DNA of 64,000 nt from Xenococcaceae cyanobacterium MO_188.B29 (GCA_030065155.1 JASJDI010000003.1:962-64961), one strand, 5' to 3'; positions 27,243 through 37,597 are shown, numbered from the stretch's first letter. Notes: generated from the letters alone by a model not told the origin. Made by a program: numbers and translations.

Positions 27243-28619
27243 ATGAAAGCCATTGTAGCAGATTTGCTTTTAGGCAGTTTTATCTGCTTTCTTGCGATCG
27301 ATCGCCCAGCGCAAGGTAGTCCTGCCATTCAAAACCAACAACTTTCAGAGCAACCAGTATTTTTATCCTCAAAGGTACTGCAAAATAATTTGCTACCAAT
27401 TACTCCTTTAGATTTTACTTTTGAAGAAAAAAATCAAGACTTTTTTCTAGCGATCGAGAATACCGATTATCTTAATAATGTAATTAATTTAGATAATTGG
27501 CTATTTAGTGATAATAGTTTATCTTCTAATCTTGAGCTCGTAAAACAACATAATTTGTCTTTAGGAAAAAAACCTTTCTCCCACCAACAGGAAGACACAA
27601 ACTTGATTTTGGGTTTCCATCCTACTTTTTGGCCAAGCAGTAACGGTAAATACTGGGGTTTAACTACTGTTGAACAATGGGGAAAAAACGAGACTCAACC
27701 TGTAAAACTTCAACTAGAAAAAAATAATCCTTATCCAATTTTACCAGCAGGAAGATCTACTTTAACGGTTTCTGGTGGGGGCGGTAAAAATTTAGTCCAA
27801 AAAGACAACTTATTGGGAGAGTTTAAAGATTTTCGTGGTGGTGTTGCTTTTCATAGTGGTGTATCACAAGATATTACTCTAGGAATGGGTTTTGTCTACG
27901 ACAGCTTTCTACTAGGGTTTAGTGAAATATCTTTTCAGCCCAAAGATATTCCGCTCAAAACAACTTTTTCTCTACTGAGTAGAGATCAAGGTTTAGAATT
28001 TCACTCTCATGTTCGTTTTCAACCTGCCCAAAATTTTGTCTTTAATTTTCACAGTAAGGATGCCGAACAGAAATTTGATTTAAATTGGGGAATTATTTCT
28101 GGCTTAACGTTGACTGCCAAAGGCAATACGGAAAAAGAATCTCTGAATGCAGGAGTTAAAGTTGCCTTTAAAATTGATTACTTTTCTTTTGCTGCTAGTG
28201 CCAATTTAGACAATAATGATAATTTGCAATGGAATATAAATTCTAAGTTTGGTAATTTTCAGCTAAAGCATACCAACAAGCCTCTCAAAACTAATTCTGA
28301 ATTAAGTTATGCTTTTCTCTCTTCTCAAGATGTAGGTTTTCAGTGTTCTCTCTTCTTCAAATATGCAACTCGTGAACTTAAACACAGCGAAGAACATTTA
28401 AATATTTGGGGTTGGAGAGTAAACTCAGGCAAAAAATTAGACAAAAATAAATATCGCTGGACATTGGATTTAGGCTATGGTTTTGGATCTCAAGGCAATG
28501 GCATGGTAGTTTCTGCCTCTACAGCCATCCAGCCCAATGTTTTGCTTAAACTTAGTTATGAAGAAATCTCTGTGACTTCTGACGAACCAAAATTAAAGCT
28601 AGAAATTGGTTCTAAATAA
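27243..28619 (+). CDS. Hypothetical exported beta-rich protein (possible outer-membrane protein)
   Basis: 458 aa. Signal-peptide-like N-terminus and alternating beta-strand pattern in the C-terminal half. No recognised motif. Confidence 0.5.
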   Translation: MKAIVADLLLGSFICFLAIDRPAQGSPAIQNQQLSEQPVFLSSKVLQNNLLPITPLDFTFEEKNQDFFLAIENTDYLNNVINLDNWLFSDNSLSSNLELVKQHNLSLGKKPFSHQQEDTNLILGFHPTFWPSSNGKYWGLTTVEQWGKNETQPVKLQLEKNNPYPILPAGRSTLTVSGGGGKNLVQKDNLLGEFKDFRGGVAFHSGVSQDITLGMGFVYDSFLLGFSEISFQPKDIPLKTTFSLLSRDQGLEFHSHVRFQPAQNFVFNFHSKDAEQKFDLNWGIISGLTLTAKGNTEKESLNAGVKVAFKIDYFSFAASANLDNNDNLQWNINSKFGNFQLKHTNKPLKTNSELSYAFLSSQDVGFQCSLFFKYATRELKHSEEHLNIWGWRVNSGKKLDKNKYRWTLDLGYGFGSQGNGMVVSASTAIQPNVLLKLSYEEISVTSDEPKLKLEIGSK

Positions 28620-28724
28620 GTTATCACTGTCATAAATGTTAAGTTTTGTTGTATGCTTTTAACAAGCGCAAATTAAAATTAATCACAATTTGTAAATTTA
28701 TAATCACATAAGAGGTTTTAATAT

Positions 28725-28904
28725 ATGCCATATACAACAGAAGAAGGGGGAAGGCTAAACAACTTCGCAGCCGAACCAAAAATGTACACAGCAGAACCAC
28801 CAACTAAAGCAGAGAAACGGAATTATCTTATTTTTGGTACATTGGGTGCTTTAGTAATTGGAGGAACAATCGCGGTAGCTGTGTTCGCTTCCAATATAAG
28901 CTAA
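28725..28904 (+). CDS. Ssl1498-family light-harvesting-like small membrane protein (Psb34-like)
   Basis: Not in the ORF track (59 aa). MPYTTEEGGRLNNFAAEPKMYTAEPP... followed by one TM (LIFGTLGALVIGGTIAVAVFA). The N-terminal motif matches my memory of this family. SD-like agagg lies upstream. Confidence 0.6.
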   Translation: MPYTTEEGGRLNNFAAEPKMYTAEPPTKAEKRNYLIFGTLGALVIGGTIAVAVFASNIS

Positions 28905-29020
28905 AAATAAAAATAAGTTAGTAATTAGCACTCTTCCGCCAAATTTGCTTGTCTGAACTAGTGACTCTTGTTCTAGTAAAAGGATGTTAAAAGAGTGTGT
29001 AAGATGATATTTCCTTGCCT

Positions 29021-29590
29021 TTAAGTCAACAAATAAAAACGGAAGTAGCCAAATAAATAGATTAAGTCAATAGCAATAACAATTCCTTTGGTGATAGGTG
29101 AATTGAGTAGTCCTAGTACCAAAGGATTAGCTATTAATACTAGCAAAAGTTCGATCGCTGCCACAACTCGCCCATAATGATTGATATCCCAATAAGAAAA
29201 TGGGCTGATAAAACGATAATTACTTAAGGGAAAAAAATGACGATGAGCGTCATCATGATGCACTGGTAAATCGAGTAAACAGTGGCAAATTATACTTACA
29301 CAGAATACCACACCAGTTTGCCAGTCAAGATAAATAAAAATAATCAACCCAATTAACGCTACAGGAATTGAATGAGAAAGAGCAATAATATTTTGCCAAA
29401 CAGTCTGATAGTAAGCTTCTGACCAAATTTTGGATTCTGGTAATTTGTAAATAAATTTGGCAACTAAATAAAATAAGAAAATCGGTATATCTGGCAAAAT
29501 TGCACCAACGGTGATGGCTATATTATCGTTTGGGGCAATGCTTTTACCAAGTAATGCCAGATTGAGAATATAGTGGCTGGGGGTATTCAT
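29021..29590 (-). CDS. Membrane-bound metal-dependent hydrolase-like protein (YdjM/DUF457-like)
   Basis: 189 aa, polytopic, with His-rich motifs (HCLLDLPVHHDDAHRHF). Confidence 0.55.
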   Translation of the reverse strand: MNTPSHYILNLALLGKSIAPNDNIAITVGAILPDIPIFLFYLVAKFIYKLPESKIWSEAYYQTVWQNIIALSHSIPVALIGLIIFIYLDWQTGVVFCVSIICHCLLDLPVHHDDAHRHFFPLSNYRFISPFSYWDINHYGRVVAAIELLLVLIANPLVLGLLNSPITKGIVIAIDLIYLFGYFRFYLLT

Positions 29591-29629
29591 TTTGAATTTC
29601 GATAGCGTAATTTAGAAATTTCCTTGTCT

Positions 29630-30238
29630 CTAATATCCTTCCCAGCGATTTAAAGGCACACAATCGATATCTAGTTGATCTAAAACACGAGCAACTACGA
29701 AATCAACCAAATCTTCAACTGTTTGAGGATTGTGATACCAAGCGGGAATAGCAGGCACAATTCTAACACCTGTTTCTGCTAAAGAAGTTAAATTACGCAA
29801 ATGAATCAAACTGAAGGGGGTTTCTCTAGGTACAACAACTAAAGGACGACCTTCTTTAATTTGTACGTCTGCTGCCCTTTCCAACAAATCGGAACTTAAC
29901 CCAGCAGTAATTTTAGCTACAGTACTCATACTACAGGGAATAATAATCATACCCTCAGTGCGAAATGAGCCACTAGCAATATTGGCACCAACATCTCCCC
30001 AATGGTGACAAAATAGTTTACCTTTATCTAATACTCCTGCTTGTTCTCTCCAGAAATTTTCTTGTCGATCTGGTTCAGTAGGCATACGAGTATTTTGTTC
30101 TGCTTGCCATACCATATGACTAGCACGAGAAGCGACTAATTCGATCGCATAATCTGCTTCCAGCAAAAATTTGAGGGCGCGTACAGCATAAATTAAGCCA
30201 GAAGCACCACTTACACCAATAATTAAAGGTTTTGTCAT
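29630..30238 (-). CDS. ubiX: Flavin prenyltransferase UbiX
   Basis: 202 aa. IGVSGASGLIYAVRAL..., IIPCSMSTVAKI, typical of the UbiX/Pad1 family. Confidence 0.9.
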   Translation of the reverse strand: MTKPLIIGVSGASGLIYAVRALKFLLEADYAIELVASRASHMVWQAEQNTRMPTEPDRQENFWREQAGVLDKGKLFCHHWGDVGANIASGSFRTEGMIIIPCSMSTVAKITAGLSSDLLERAADVQIKEGRPLVVVPRETPFSLIHLRNLTSLAETGVRIVPAIPAWYHNPQTVEDLVDFVVARVLDQLDIDCVPLNRWEGY

Positions 30239-30264
30239 CCAGTATTTTTTAGCTAATAGCTAGT

Positions 30265-31020
30265 TTAAATTAATCCTTCAAATTCTAATTCTTCGATCAT
30301 TTGTAAGCCTCTAGGATCGCCTACTTTGAGAATAGCGACTCTAGCATCGTCTTTAACACCAAGGTCTTCATCTTCTACTAAAGATTCTATCAGAGAATCG
30401 ATCGCCGTCGCATAAACCACATTAGAGGGTAATTCTCGACATAACTGACCGATCGACCAAGCACAGTTGCTACGTACCGCAGCAATAGGATCTCTTCTTA
30501 AACCTTCAATCAGAGGAGGGATAGCAATAATAACATCTTCATAATTTAGTTTGGCGATTTGAGCTACACTGCTAGCAGCCCAAAGACGTACAGCAGAAAT
30601 ATCTGTTTTTAAAGCATTAATCAACGGTTGTAAGGCTCGGCGATCGCCACTATTCCCCAAAGCCCAAACCACTCCTTTTCTAACATAGCCATTCCAATCA
30701 TATTTAAGTAATTCAATCAAGGGTTCTACCGCTTCAGAACTAGTGTTGCGTCCTAAAGCATAGCTGGCACTGACTCTCACCAGGGGACACTCATCTTTAA
30801 GGAGTTGGATCAACAGAGGTATGGAGCGAGATTCTTCTAATTCACAAAAAACTCTTGCTGCCAGCATTCTCTGAGATGCTTCTGGATCAGACAGCAGCAC
30901 CAGCATTTGTTCTATATCAGGGGGAGGAATAGCTGATTCTGACTCTACAGGCTCTAGCCGATCTAGAGGACTGCTTAGTTCCTCGTCCGTATCCAATAAA
31001 ATTAATTCATCATCTTGCAT
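30265..31020 (-). CDS. HEAT-repeat (PBS-lyase HEAT-like) protein
   Basis: 251 aa. Repeated VRxxAxxALG units (VRVSASYALGRN, VRKGVVWALGNSGD, VRLWAASSVAQI, VRSNCAWSIGQL). Confidence 0.8.
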   Translation of the reverse strand: MQDDELILLDTDEELSSPLDRLEPVESESAIPPPDIEQMLVLLSDPEASQRMLAARVFCELEESRSIPLLIQLLKDECPLVRVSASYALGRNTSSEAVEPLIELLKYDWNGYVRKGVVWALGNSGDRRALQPLINALKTDISAVRLWAASSVAQIAKLNYEDVIIAIPPLIEGLRRDPIAAVRSNCAWSIGQLCRELPSNVVYATAIDSLIESLVEDEDLGVKDDARVAILKVGDPRGLQMIEELEFEGLI

Positions 31021-31031
31021 AATTGAATAAG

Positions 31032-31562
31032 TTATCTTATCTTCGGAAATTTCTCAAATGTTTGGGCTGGAGAATTGGGAATTGCGAATAAAGGTTTAAT
31101 CATTGATATAGACTGAGTTTGAAAACCTAGATGATGATATAAATTTAGGGCTGGCTTGTTTTTAGTAAATACTTGTAGTCCTATTTGTCGATCGCCTCTA
31201 GCTTTTGCCCAATTCTCGGCGACGGAGATTAGCTTAGTGCCTATTCCTTGTTTTCTATACTCTGGCAAAACGAATATCAAAAAAATATGTGCATACCGCT
31301 CTCCTGTCACTTGATCTATGGCGTTTCCCATCCATAAGCAAGCAACAGTTAAATCGACCGATTCTTGGTGTTCTTCTCTATCTACAAACCAGACAGGAGT
31401 AAGAGTTGAAAAATATTTGTTTACTGTTTCTGTCAAATGGGAAAAATCAGTTTGCTGAGGAAATAGTTCTTGATAAGTTAAGTACATAAATTTACTTAAC
31501 AGAGATCTATCTTTAGTTGTGCCCATTTTTAACTGATAGTCCATCTGTGCATTATTATTCAT
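31032..31562 (-). CDS. GNAT-family N-acetyltransferase
   Basis: 176 aa. Acetyl-CoA motif YRKQGIGTKL and a C-terminal NxxALxLYxxLGF-type helix. Confidence 0.85.
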   Translation of the reverse strand: MNNNAQMDYQLKMGTTKDRSLLSKFMYLTYQELFPQQTDFSHLTETVNKYFSTLTPVWFVDREEHQESVDLTVACLWMGNAIDQVTGERYAHIFLIFVLPEYRKQGIGTKLISVAENWAKARGDRQIGLQVFTKNKPALNLYHHLGFQTQSISMIKPLFAIPNSPAQTFEKFPKIR

Positions 31563-32184
31563 CCAGTTCTTATACCCAAATATTCTTCAAAATCGACTAA
31601 AATCTATTTAATTAATTTTTACTCCCACATGTTTAAAATTAACATTTACAATCCAATTTTTGCATCGTAAACATTGAAATTTGGCTTAAAAACGGGAGTA
31701 AATCAAAAAGACTCCTACTAGGGTAAAATTTAGGTTGATTAGGCAGCAGCTAATTTAACTTACAGTTAGACAAAGGGCTGGGGTAGATACGAACTTGAAT
31801 TTTCGACAGAAATAGGAGCAGGGGCTACCATGTCTGAAGGTAAGAAAATGCGAGCACTTACTGCTACTAAAGCCAGCAGGAAGATTAAGAATATTAATAG
31901 GGGACTAATATATTGACGAAAAAACTGCATTTTAATTTCCGTAAGTTTGAAGAGTTGACAGACTAGGATTATACAATAGTTGAATATTGAAGATGTTATC
32001 TTAAATTTGTCCCTTTTGATTAATAAAATTAGTAAAGCTTTTTTATTCCTAATTTTCTCAATCGCACTTTTGTTGCATGGGTTATGACTTAATTCTCAAG
32101 GATTTTTGGTAACGTATTTAAACTTGGCAAATAACTTGGAGTTGATCTTCGCTAAAATTTAAAAATCTTGATTCAAGATAGGAT

Positions 32185-34746
32185 ATGTCAGATCCAGACT
32201 ACACTATACCAATTTCTAGTTCCCAAGAATATACTCCAGACCAGAAAGTTGACTATGGATACAAAATACTCAATTCTGGAGAAATAGTTGGCGGGCAATA
32301 TCGCATAGTTAAAGAATTAGGTAGTGGCGGTTTTTCCACTACTTATTTAGCTGTGGATATAGCATCAGAAGGAACAATTTATGTAGTTAAACAACTACAA
32401 CCAAGATTTAACAGTCCAGCTATTTGGGAAAATGCCAAAGCAAGATTTGCTACCGAAGCAACAGTGTTGCAATGGTTAGGTAATCATCAGCAAATTCCTC
32501 AACTACTGGCTCATTTTGAAGAAAAGAAGCAATTTTATCTGGTTCAAGAATTTATTGAGGGAGAAGAATTTGAGCAGGAAGTAAATCGGCAGGTTTTAAA
32601 AGAAGAAGAATTGATTTATTTCCTTTGTGATGTACTGGAGATTCTCGACTTTGTTCATCGTCAGGGAGTTATCCATCGCGACATCAAACCATCTAATTTA
32701 ATTAGACGCAAGATAGATAACAAGATTGTTTTAATTGATTTTGGTGCAGTCAAAGAGATTGGTACTTTTGTGCTAGATCCTGCTCGCGATCAAACACAAG
32801 TTATTGGCACTCCTGGCTATATGTCTCCAGAGCAAAATCATGGTAGACCAGTATATAGTAGCGATATATATGCTTTGGGTAAAACTGCTATTTTTGCCTT
32901 AACTGGTCGATCGCCCATAGAATGGGAGCAAACATCCACAGAGGATACTACTACCTGGACTAATCTAGTTTCCGTATCTAACCAGTTAGTACGAGTAATC
33001 AAAAAGATGATTAATCCTCAATCTTTGGAGCGTTACGGCTCGGCAACGGAAGTGCTGCAAGACCTCAAGCCTTTGCTAAGAATAGGGACTACCATTCAGG
33101 AAGAGTATCAAATTATTAGATATTTAGGTGGAGAACAAGGAATTTGTACTTATGTTGTCAAAAATTTAAAACATGAACAACAGCCCTTATACGTTTTAAA
33201 AATTTTAACTCTAGAAAATAATCAAGCTGTCAGTGTAGAAACAGCAGAAGCTAGATTGAAACTAATCATAGCAGAGTTAGCGAAACTGAATAAACTTGAG
33301 TATATACCAAAAATTCTCGAATATTTTGTTGATCGAAAAAATTTATATATTGTCCAAGAGTTTGTGGACGGAGAAGATTTACAACAGATAATTAATCGAG
33401 AAATAAGCTTGAATGAAGAAGAAGTAATTGCCTTTTTAAAAGATACAACTAAAATTTTAATTTCTGTCCATAAACAAAAAATTATTCATCAAAATATTCA
33501 GCCTTCTAGTTTGATCAGAGGTCAAAACAATGAAAATATATCTCTGGTCAATTTTGGCGCGATCGCTGAAGCTGCTAATATTATTCCCGATAGTCAGAGC
33601 GGATATTTTCCCCCTGAACAAATTGCGCAAAGACCTGTAGCAGCAAGTGATTTATATTCTTTGGGCATGACTGCCATATATGCCTTAACGGGAATTGCAC
33701 CGAAATATCTAGAGCAGAATAACCAGACAGGAGAAGTTATTTGGCAAAATAAAGCTAGGGTTAGCCCACAGTTAAAGGCTATCATCGACCGCATGGTCAA
33801 ATTGGATTTACGACAACGTTACCAATCCGCCTCTCAAGTTTTAAGAGACTTAAAGAAAATCCGCAACCCCTCAAAATTGAGACCTTGGTATACCAAATAC
33901 GCAGTTATGATAGCTGTAACAGCGTTAGGTTCTATAGCTTTAGTTTTTGGTAGATATCTGTGGCTACAATACGAAGCAATAGTTTTATTTGCTCAGGCTG
34001 ATGCTCAATTAGAATCTAGACAGTACGAAAAAGCCATTCAATACTATAACCAAGGTTTTCAAAAAGTTGGGGAAAACAGCAAACATTTTCAGATAGCATG
34101 GCTGAGAAAAGCAACTGCCTTAAGTCATCTTAAACGTTATGACGAAATGTTAGCAACTTGCCAACGAGGCTTAGAAGTTCATCAAAGTTTTTATTTTTGG
34201 AACTGTAAAGGTTTAGCTTTAGAAGGATTACAAGAATATCAACAAGCGGTAGAAGCCTACGATCGAGCAATTCAACTAAAACCAGAATTCTTTGAAGCCT
34301 GGAATAATCGAGGTGAGGCTTATATGGAGATGAATCAACCTAATCAAGCCAAAGCTAACTTTGGACAAGCTATTCAATTGAATGAAGAAAAAAGTTTTGT
34401 ACCTTGGAATAACCTAGGCAAACTTTACTTTAAACAAGGAGAATATCAACAAGCTATTGAAGCTTATCAGCAAGCCATCAAAGTTAAAGAAGACTATATT
34501 CCTGCTCTAATTGGACTAGGTAATGCTCAAAAATCTGAGAAACTGTATTATGATGCCCTAGAATCTTATGAAAGAGCAATTGAAGTAAATCGTAATTCTT
34601 ACGAAGCATGGTTTGGCAAAGGTCTAGTCGAAGAGAGTTTGCAACAAAATCGAGAAGCAATTAGGTCTTACGAAAGGGCTATTTCTCTTAAACCAAATTG
34701 GGATGCCCCCATTAATGCTCTAAGGAGATTAGAGAGTAGGAATTAA
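32185..34746 (+). CDS. Tandem Ser/Thr kinase + pseudokinase, TM helix, C-terminal TPR repeats
   Basis: 853 aa. Domain 1 carries GSGGFSTTY, VVKQL, HRDIKPSNL, DFG, GTPGYMSPE. Domain 2 carries YVLKIL, HQNIQPSSL (no catalytic Asp), NFG, GYFPPE. A TM helix lies at ~res 565-590, followed by ~7 TPR-like repeats. Confidence 0.9.
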   Translation: MSDPDYTIPISSSQEYTPDQKVDYGYKILNSGEIVGGQYRIVKELGSGGFSTTYLAVDIASEGTIYVVKQLQPRFNSPAIWENAKARFATEATVLQWLGNHQQIPQLLAHFEEKKQFYLVQEFIEGEEFEQEVNRQVLKEEELIYFLCDVLEILDFVHRQGVIHRDIKPSNLIRRKIDNKIVLIDFGAVKEIGTFVLDPARDQTQVIGTPGYMSPEQNHGRPVYSSDIYALGKTAIFALTGRSPIEWEQTSTEDTTTWTNLVSVSNQLVRVIKKMINPQSLERYGSATEVLQDLKPLLRIGTTIQEEYQIIRYLGGEQGICTYVVKNLKHEQQPLYVLKILTLENNQAVSVETAEARLKLIIAELAKLNKLEYIPKILEYFVDRKNLYIVQEFVDGEDLQQIINREISLNEEEVIAFLKDTTKILISVHKQKIIHQNIQPSSLIRGQNNENISLVNFGAIAEAANIIPDSQSGYFPPEQIAQRPVAASDLYSLGMTAIYALTGIAPKYLEQNNQTGEVIWQNKARVSPQLKAIIDRMVKLDLRQRYQSASQVLRDLKKIRNPSKLRPWYTKYAVMIAVTALGSIALVFGRYLWLQYEAIVLFAQADAQLESRQYEKAIQYYNQGFQKVGENSKHFQIAWLRKATALSHLKRYDEMLATCQRGLEVHQSFYFWNCKGLALEGLQEYQQAVEAYDRAIQLKPEFFEAWNNRGEAYMEMNQPNQAKANFGQAIQLNEEKSFVPWNNLGKLYFKQGEYQQAIEAYQQAIKVKEDYIPALIGLGNAQKSEKLYYDALESYERAIEVNRNSYEAWFGKGLVEESLQQNREAIRSYERAISLKPNWDAPINALRRLESRN

Positions 34747-34801
34747 GTAAAGGTGCAGAGGTGCGGAGGAAGATTGTGAGTACTTCACTCAAACCTATTA
34801 G

Positions 34802-37597
34802 CTATTCCCTATTCTCTTGAATATCTTCAGAGTGGATATCTTTATTCTGCGGATAACTTAAACTAGCTTCCATTAACTGATTTAAGGAATTAGAGAATAC
34901 TTGAGATTGCTCTGAATTTTGAGGCACAAGACTTTTAGTTCCCAGCATTGCCTGACTAGCAGAGGTAGAGGTTTGAACTTTTTCCGCAGCACTAATAATA
35001 TTGCTCAAGAGGACATTCATTTGACTGGTAACAGTATCGATTTGATCGAGCTTTTGTCGAGTCTTTTCTGCTAAATCAGTACCTTTAACCACCTTTTCTG
35101 TTCTAGATTTGATGGCAGTACTTAAGTCTTGAACTTCTGTTTCTATTTTGCCGACAAAGGATTGAATTTCTGCTTTTGCCTCTGCTAGATCTCCTCTTAA
35201 AGATTCCATAGTTTGAGACAAAGGAGAAGCAGCAGGATTGTGAGAAATATCGTCTGTTTTACTTGCTTGAATAAGCATATTCATCCCTTGAAGATTAATC
35301 TGTGTTGCTAAATGATCGATAAAGTTGACTAATTGAGATATTTTTTGGGAGGATTGAGCTAAATGTCCGATCCTCGTGATGGTTTGATCGAGATCTCCTT
35401 GAATATTGGAGAAATCGTACACAGTTTGGCTAGCAACTTCAGAGCCAGATTTGATAGTTTGACTGGTTTGCTGGACTTGAATTTGAGCTTGTCTAGCATT
35501 AGCGATCGCAGCTTGGGCAAAATTAGTTACGGAGGGAAGTTGTTTCAGAAAGGTTTGAGATAGCTGAGATACTTCGCTTAATAAACTTACGTTATCAATA
35601 GCAAAGCCAATTTGTTTGGCAATTTGAGTCATCACATCAATTTCTGATTGCTGCCAAACGTGGGGCGCTGAACAATGGTGGGCAATGAGTAAGCCGATTA
35701 TTTTGCCTTTGGTAAGAATAGGAACAACTAAATTAGCTTTAACAGCAAAAGGTTCTAGTTGAGCTAAATGACAAGGAGTCAAATTAGCTTGATAAATATC
35801 ATTGGTAGCTTTAACGCGACCATTTTGATATTTTTCTAGGTAAAAAGTACTAAAACAAGGATCATCGATAATTACGCCTAAAGATTGAGGATAGCGGGAA
35901 TCAACTGATTCAGCGATCATTTTGCCCTGAGACTGCTCATCGAGACTATAGACTACTACTCGATCGGCAGATATGGCTTTGCGGGCTTCTTGAACGGCGG
36001 TTTGCAATATATCCTCTTGATTAAGGGAAGCACGAATGTGATCCGTAGCTTTAGTTAAAGATTGTATTCTTCTCGTTTCTGTTTCTTTCTGCTGTCGAAG
36101 ATCGGCAGAAGTAGTTAGAAGCTCAATATTGTCTAAAGTTAAACCTATCTGTGTGGCAATTTGAGTCATTACATCAATTTCTGATTGTTGCCAAACATGA
36201 GGTGCTGCACAATGATGGGCAATCAATAAACCGATTAGCTTTCCTCGATTGAGAATAGGGGTAACTAAATTAGCTTTGACGGCAAAAGGTTCTAATTGAG
36301 ATATATGACAGGCAGTTAGATTAGCTTGATAAATATCATTAGTAGCTTTAACACGACCGTTTTGATATTGTTCTAAATAGTAAGCATTAAAACAGGGGTC
36401 ATCGATATTTGCGCCTAGAGCTTGAGGATAGCGAGCATCAACTGATTCCGCAATTACTTCACCCTGAGACTGCTCATCGAGACTATAGACTACTACTCGA
36501 TCGGCAGATATGGCTTGTCGAGCTTCTTCAACGGCGGTTTGAAAAATGTCCTCTTGATTGAGGGAGGCACGAATGTTATCCGTAGCTTTAGTTAGGGATT
36601 GTATTCTTCTCGTTTCTGTTTCTTTCTGCTGTCGAAGATCGGCAGAAGTAGTTAAGAGCTTAATATTGTCTAAAGCCAAACCTATCTGTATGGCAATTTG
36701 AGTTACTACATCAATTTCTGATTGTTGCCAAGCATGAGGTGCTGCACAATGATGGGCAATCAATAAACCGATTAGCTTCCCTTGATTGAGAATAGGGGTA
36801 ACTAAATTAGCTTTGACGGCAAAAGGTTCTAATTGAGAGATATGACAGGCAGTTAGATTAGCTTGATAAATATCATCAGTAGCTTTAACACGACCATTTT
36901 GATATTTTTCTAGGTAATGAATACTAAAACAAGGGTCATCTATGATTGCTCCTAAAGCTTGAGGATAGAGATAATCAACTGATTCCGCAATCACTTCGCC
37001 CTCAGACTGCTCGTTTAAGCTATAAACTAATACTCGATCGGCAGATATGGCTTTGCGGGCTTCTTGAACAGCAATTTGAAAAATATCTTCTTGGGTAAGA
37101 GCGTTACGAATTTTCTCGGCAGCCTTGGTTAATAACTGTATTTGCTCTGTCAACTCCTGTCTGATTTTTGCTTCCTGGGTAGTCTTCTTATTAGTTTTGG
37201 TTGAGTTAAGAATACGATTAATCCACAGTGCAGCTAAAGCACCTGATACTGTTGCTCCAACACCCATTAACAGGATAGGTATTAACAGTTCTAGTGGTTT
37301 TGGCTCAGTTGACTCTCTGTCGTCAATTTGCTTGAAAGACGACTGACTAGCATGGTAGTAAGTAGTTACTTCTATTGCCAACACTGCCAAAGGAATAATT
37401 GAGATAGCCAAAACCTTGGCTAGAGTCTTAAAATCTACTTTTGGTTTCTTTGAGCTTTGTCGATCTCGATCGGACTCTTTCTGTAGTTGAAGTTTGATTA
37501 ATTTACCTGATTCGGCAAATACAGTTTCTTCAGAGGAAACTTTGTTGCCGTTAAGCTGAGGAGGAACATTGTTCGTCATAGATACTTCCCAAGACAA
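34802..37597 (-). CDS. PixJ-like methyl-accepting chemotaxis (phototaxis) protein with three tandem DXCF-type cyanobacteriochrome GAF domains
   Basis: 931 aa. Two N-terminal TM helices. Three ~180-aa repeats each carry DDPCF (DXCF Cys) and the canonical chromophore Cys-His (LTACH, LTACH, LTPCH). The C-terminus is an MCP signalling domain (LVNFIDHLATQINLQGMNMLIQA). Confidence 0.85.
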   Translation of the reverse strand: MSWEVSMTNNVPPQLNGNKVSSEETVFAESGKLIKLQLQKESDRDRQSSKKPKVDFKTLAKVLAISIIPLAVLAIEVTTYYHASQSSFKQIDDRESTEPKPLELLIPILLMGVGATVSGALAALWINRILNSTKTNKKTTQEAKIRQELTEQIQLLTKAAEKIRNALTQEDIFQIAVQEARKAISADRVLVYSLNEQSEGEVIAESVDYLYPQALGAIIDDPCFSIHYLEKYQNGRVKATDDIYQANLTACHISQLEPFAVKANLVTPILNQGKLIGLLIAHHCAAPHAWQQSEIDVVTQIAIQIGLALDNIKLLTTSADLRQQKETETRRIQSLTKATDNIRASLNQEDIFQTAVEEARQAISADRVVVYSLDEQSQGEVIAESVDARYPQALGANIDDPCFNAYYLEQYQNGRVKATNDIYQANLTACHISQLEPFAVKANLVTPILNRGKLIGLLIAHHCAAPHVWQQSEIDVMTQIATQIGLTLDNIELLTTSADLRQQKETETRRIQSLTKATDHIRASLNQEDILQTAVQEARKAISADRVVVYSLDEQSQGKMIAESVDSRYPQSLGVIIDDPCFSTFYLEKYQNGRVKATNDIYQANLTPCHLAQLEPFAVKANLVVPILTKGKIIGLLIAHHCSAPHVWQQSEIDVMTQIAKQIGFAIDNVSLLSEVSQLSQTFLKQLPSVTNFAQAAIANARQAQIQVQQTSQTIKSGSEVASQTVYDFSNIQGDLDQTITRIGHLAQSSQKISQLVNFIDHLATQINLQGMNMLIQASKTDDISHNPAASPLSQTMESLRGDLAEAKAEIQSFVGKIETEVQDLSTAIKSRTEKVVKGTDLAEKTRQKLDQIDTVTSQMNVLLSNIISAAEKVQTSTSASQAMLGTKSLVPQNSEQSQVFSNSLNQLMEASLSYPQNKDIHSEDIQENRE
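35590..37150. repeat. Three in-frame tandem ~540-nt coding repeats (GAF modules); copies 1 and 2 (protein order) nearly identical
   Basis: Long near-identical strings at 36121-36360 and 36661-36900 (period 540 nt). A third, more diverged copy lies at ~35590-36100. Confidence 0.9.

Noticed and set aside
35590-37150. Regular ~540-nt repeats considered as a possible CRISPR or other non-coding array
   Set aside because: The period is far too long for CRISPR. The repeats are in-frame coding modules (GAF domains) of one continuous 931-aa ORF.
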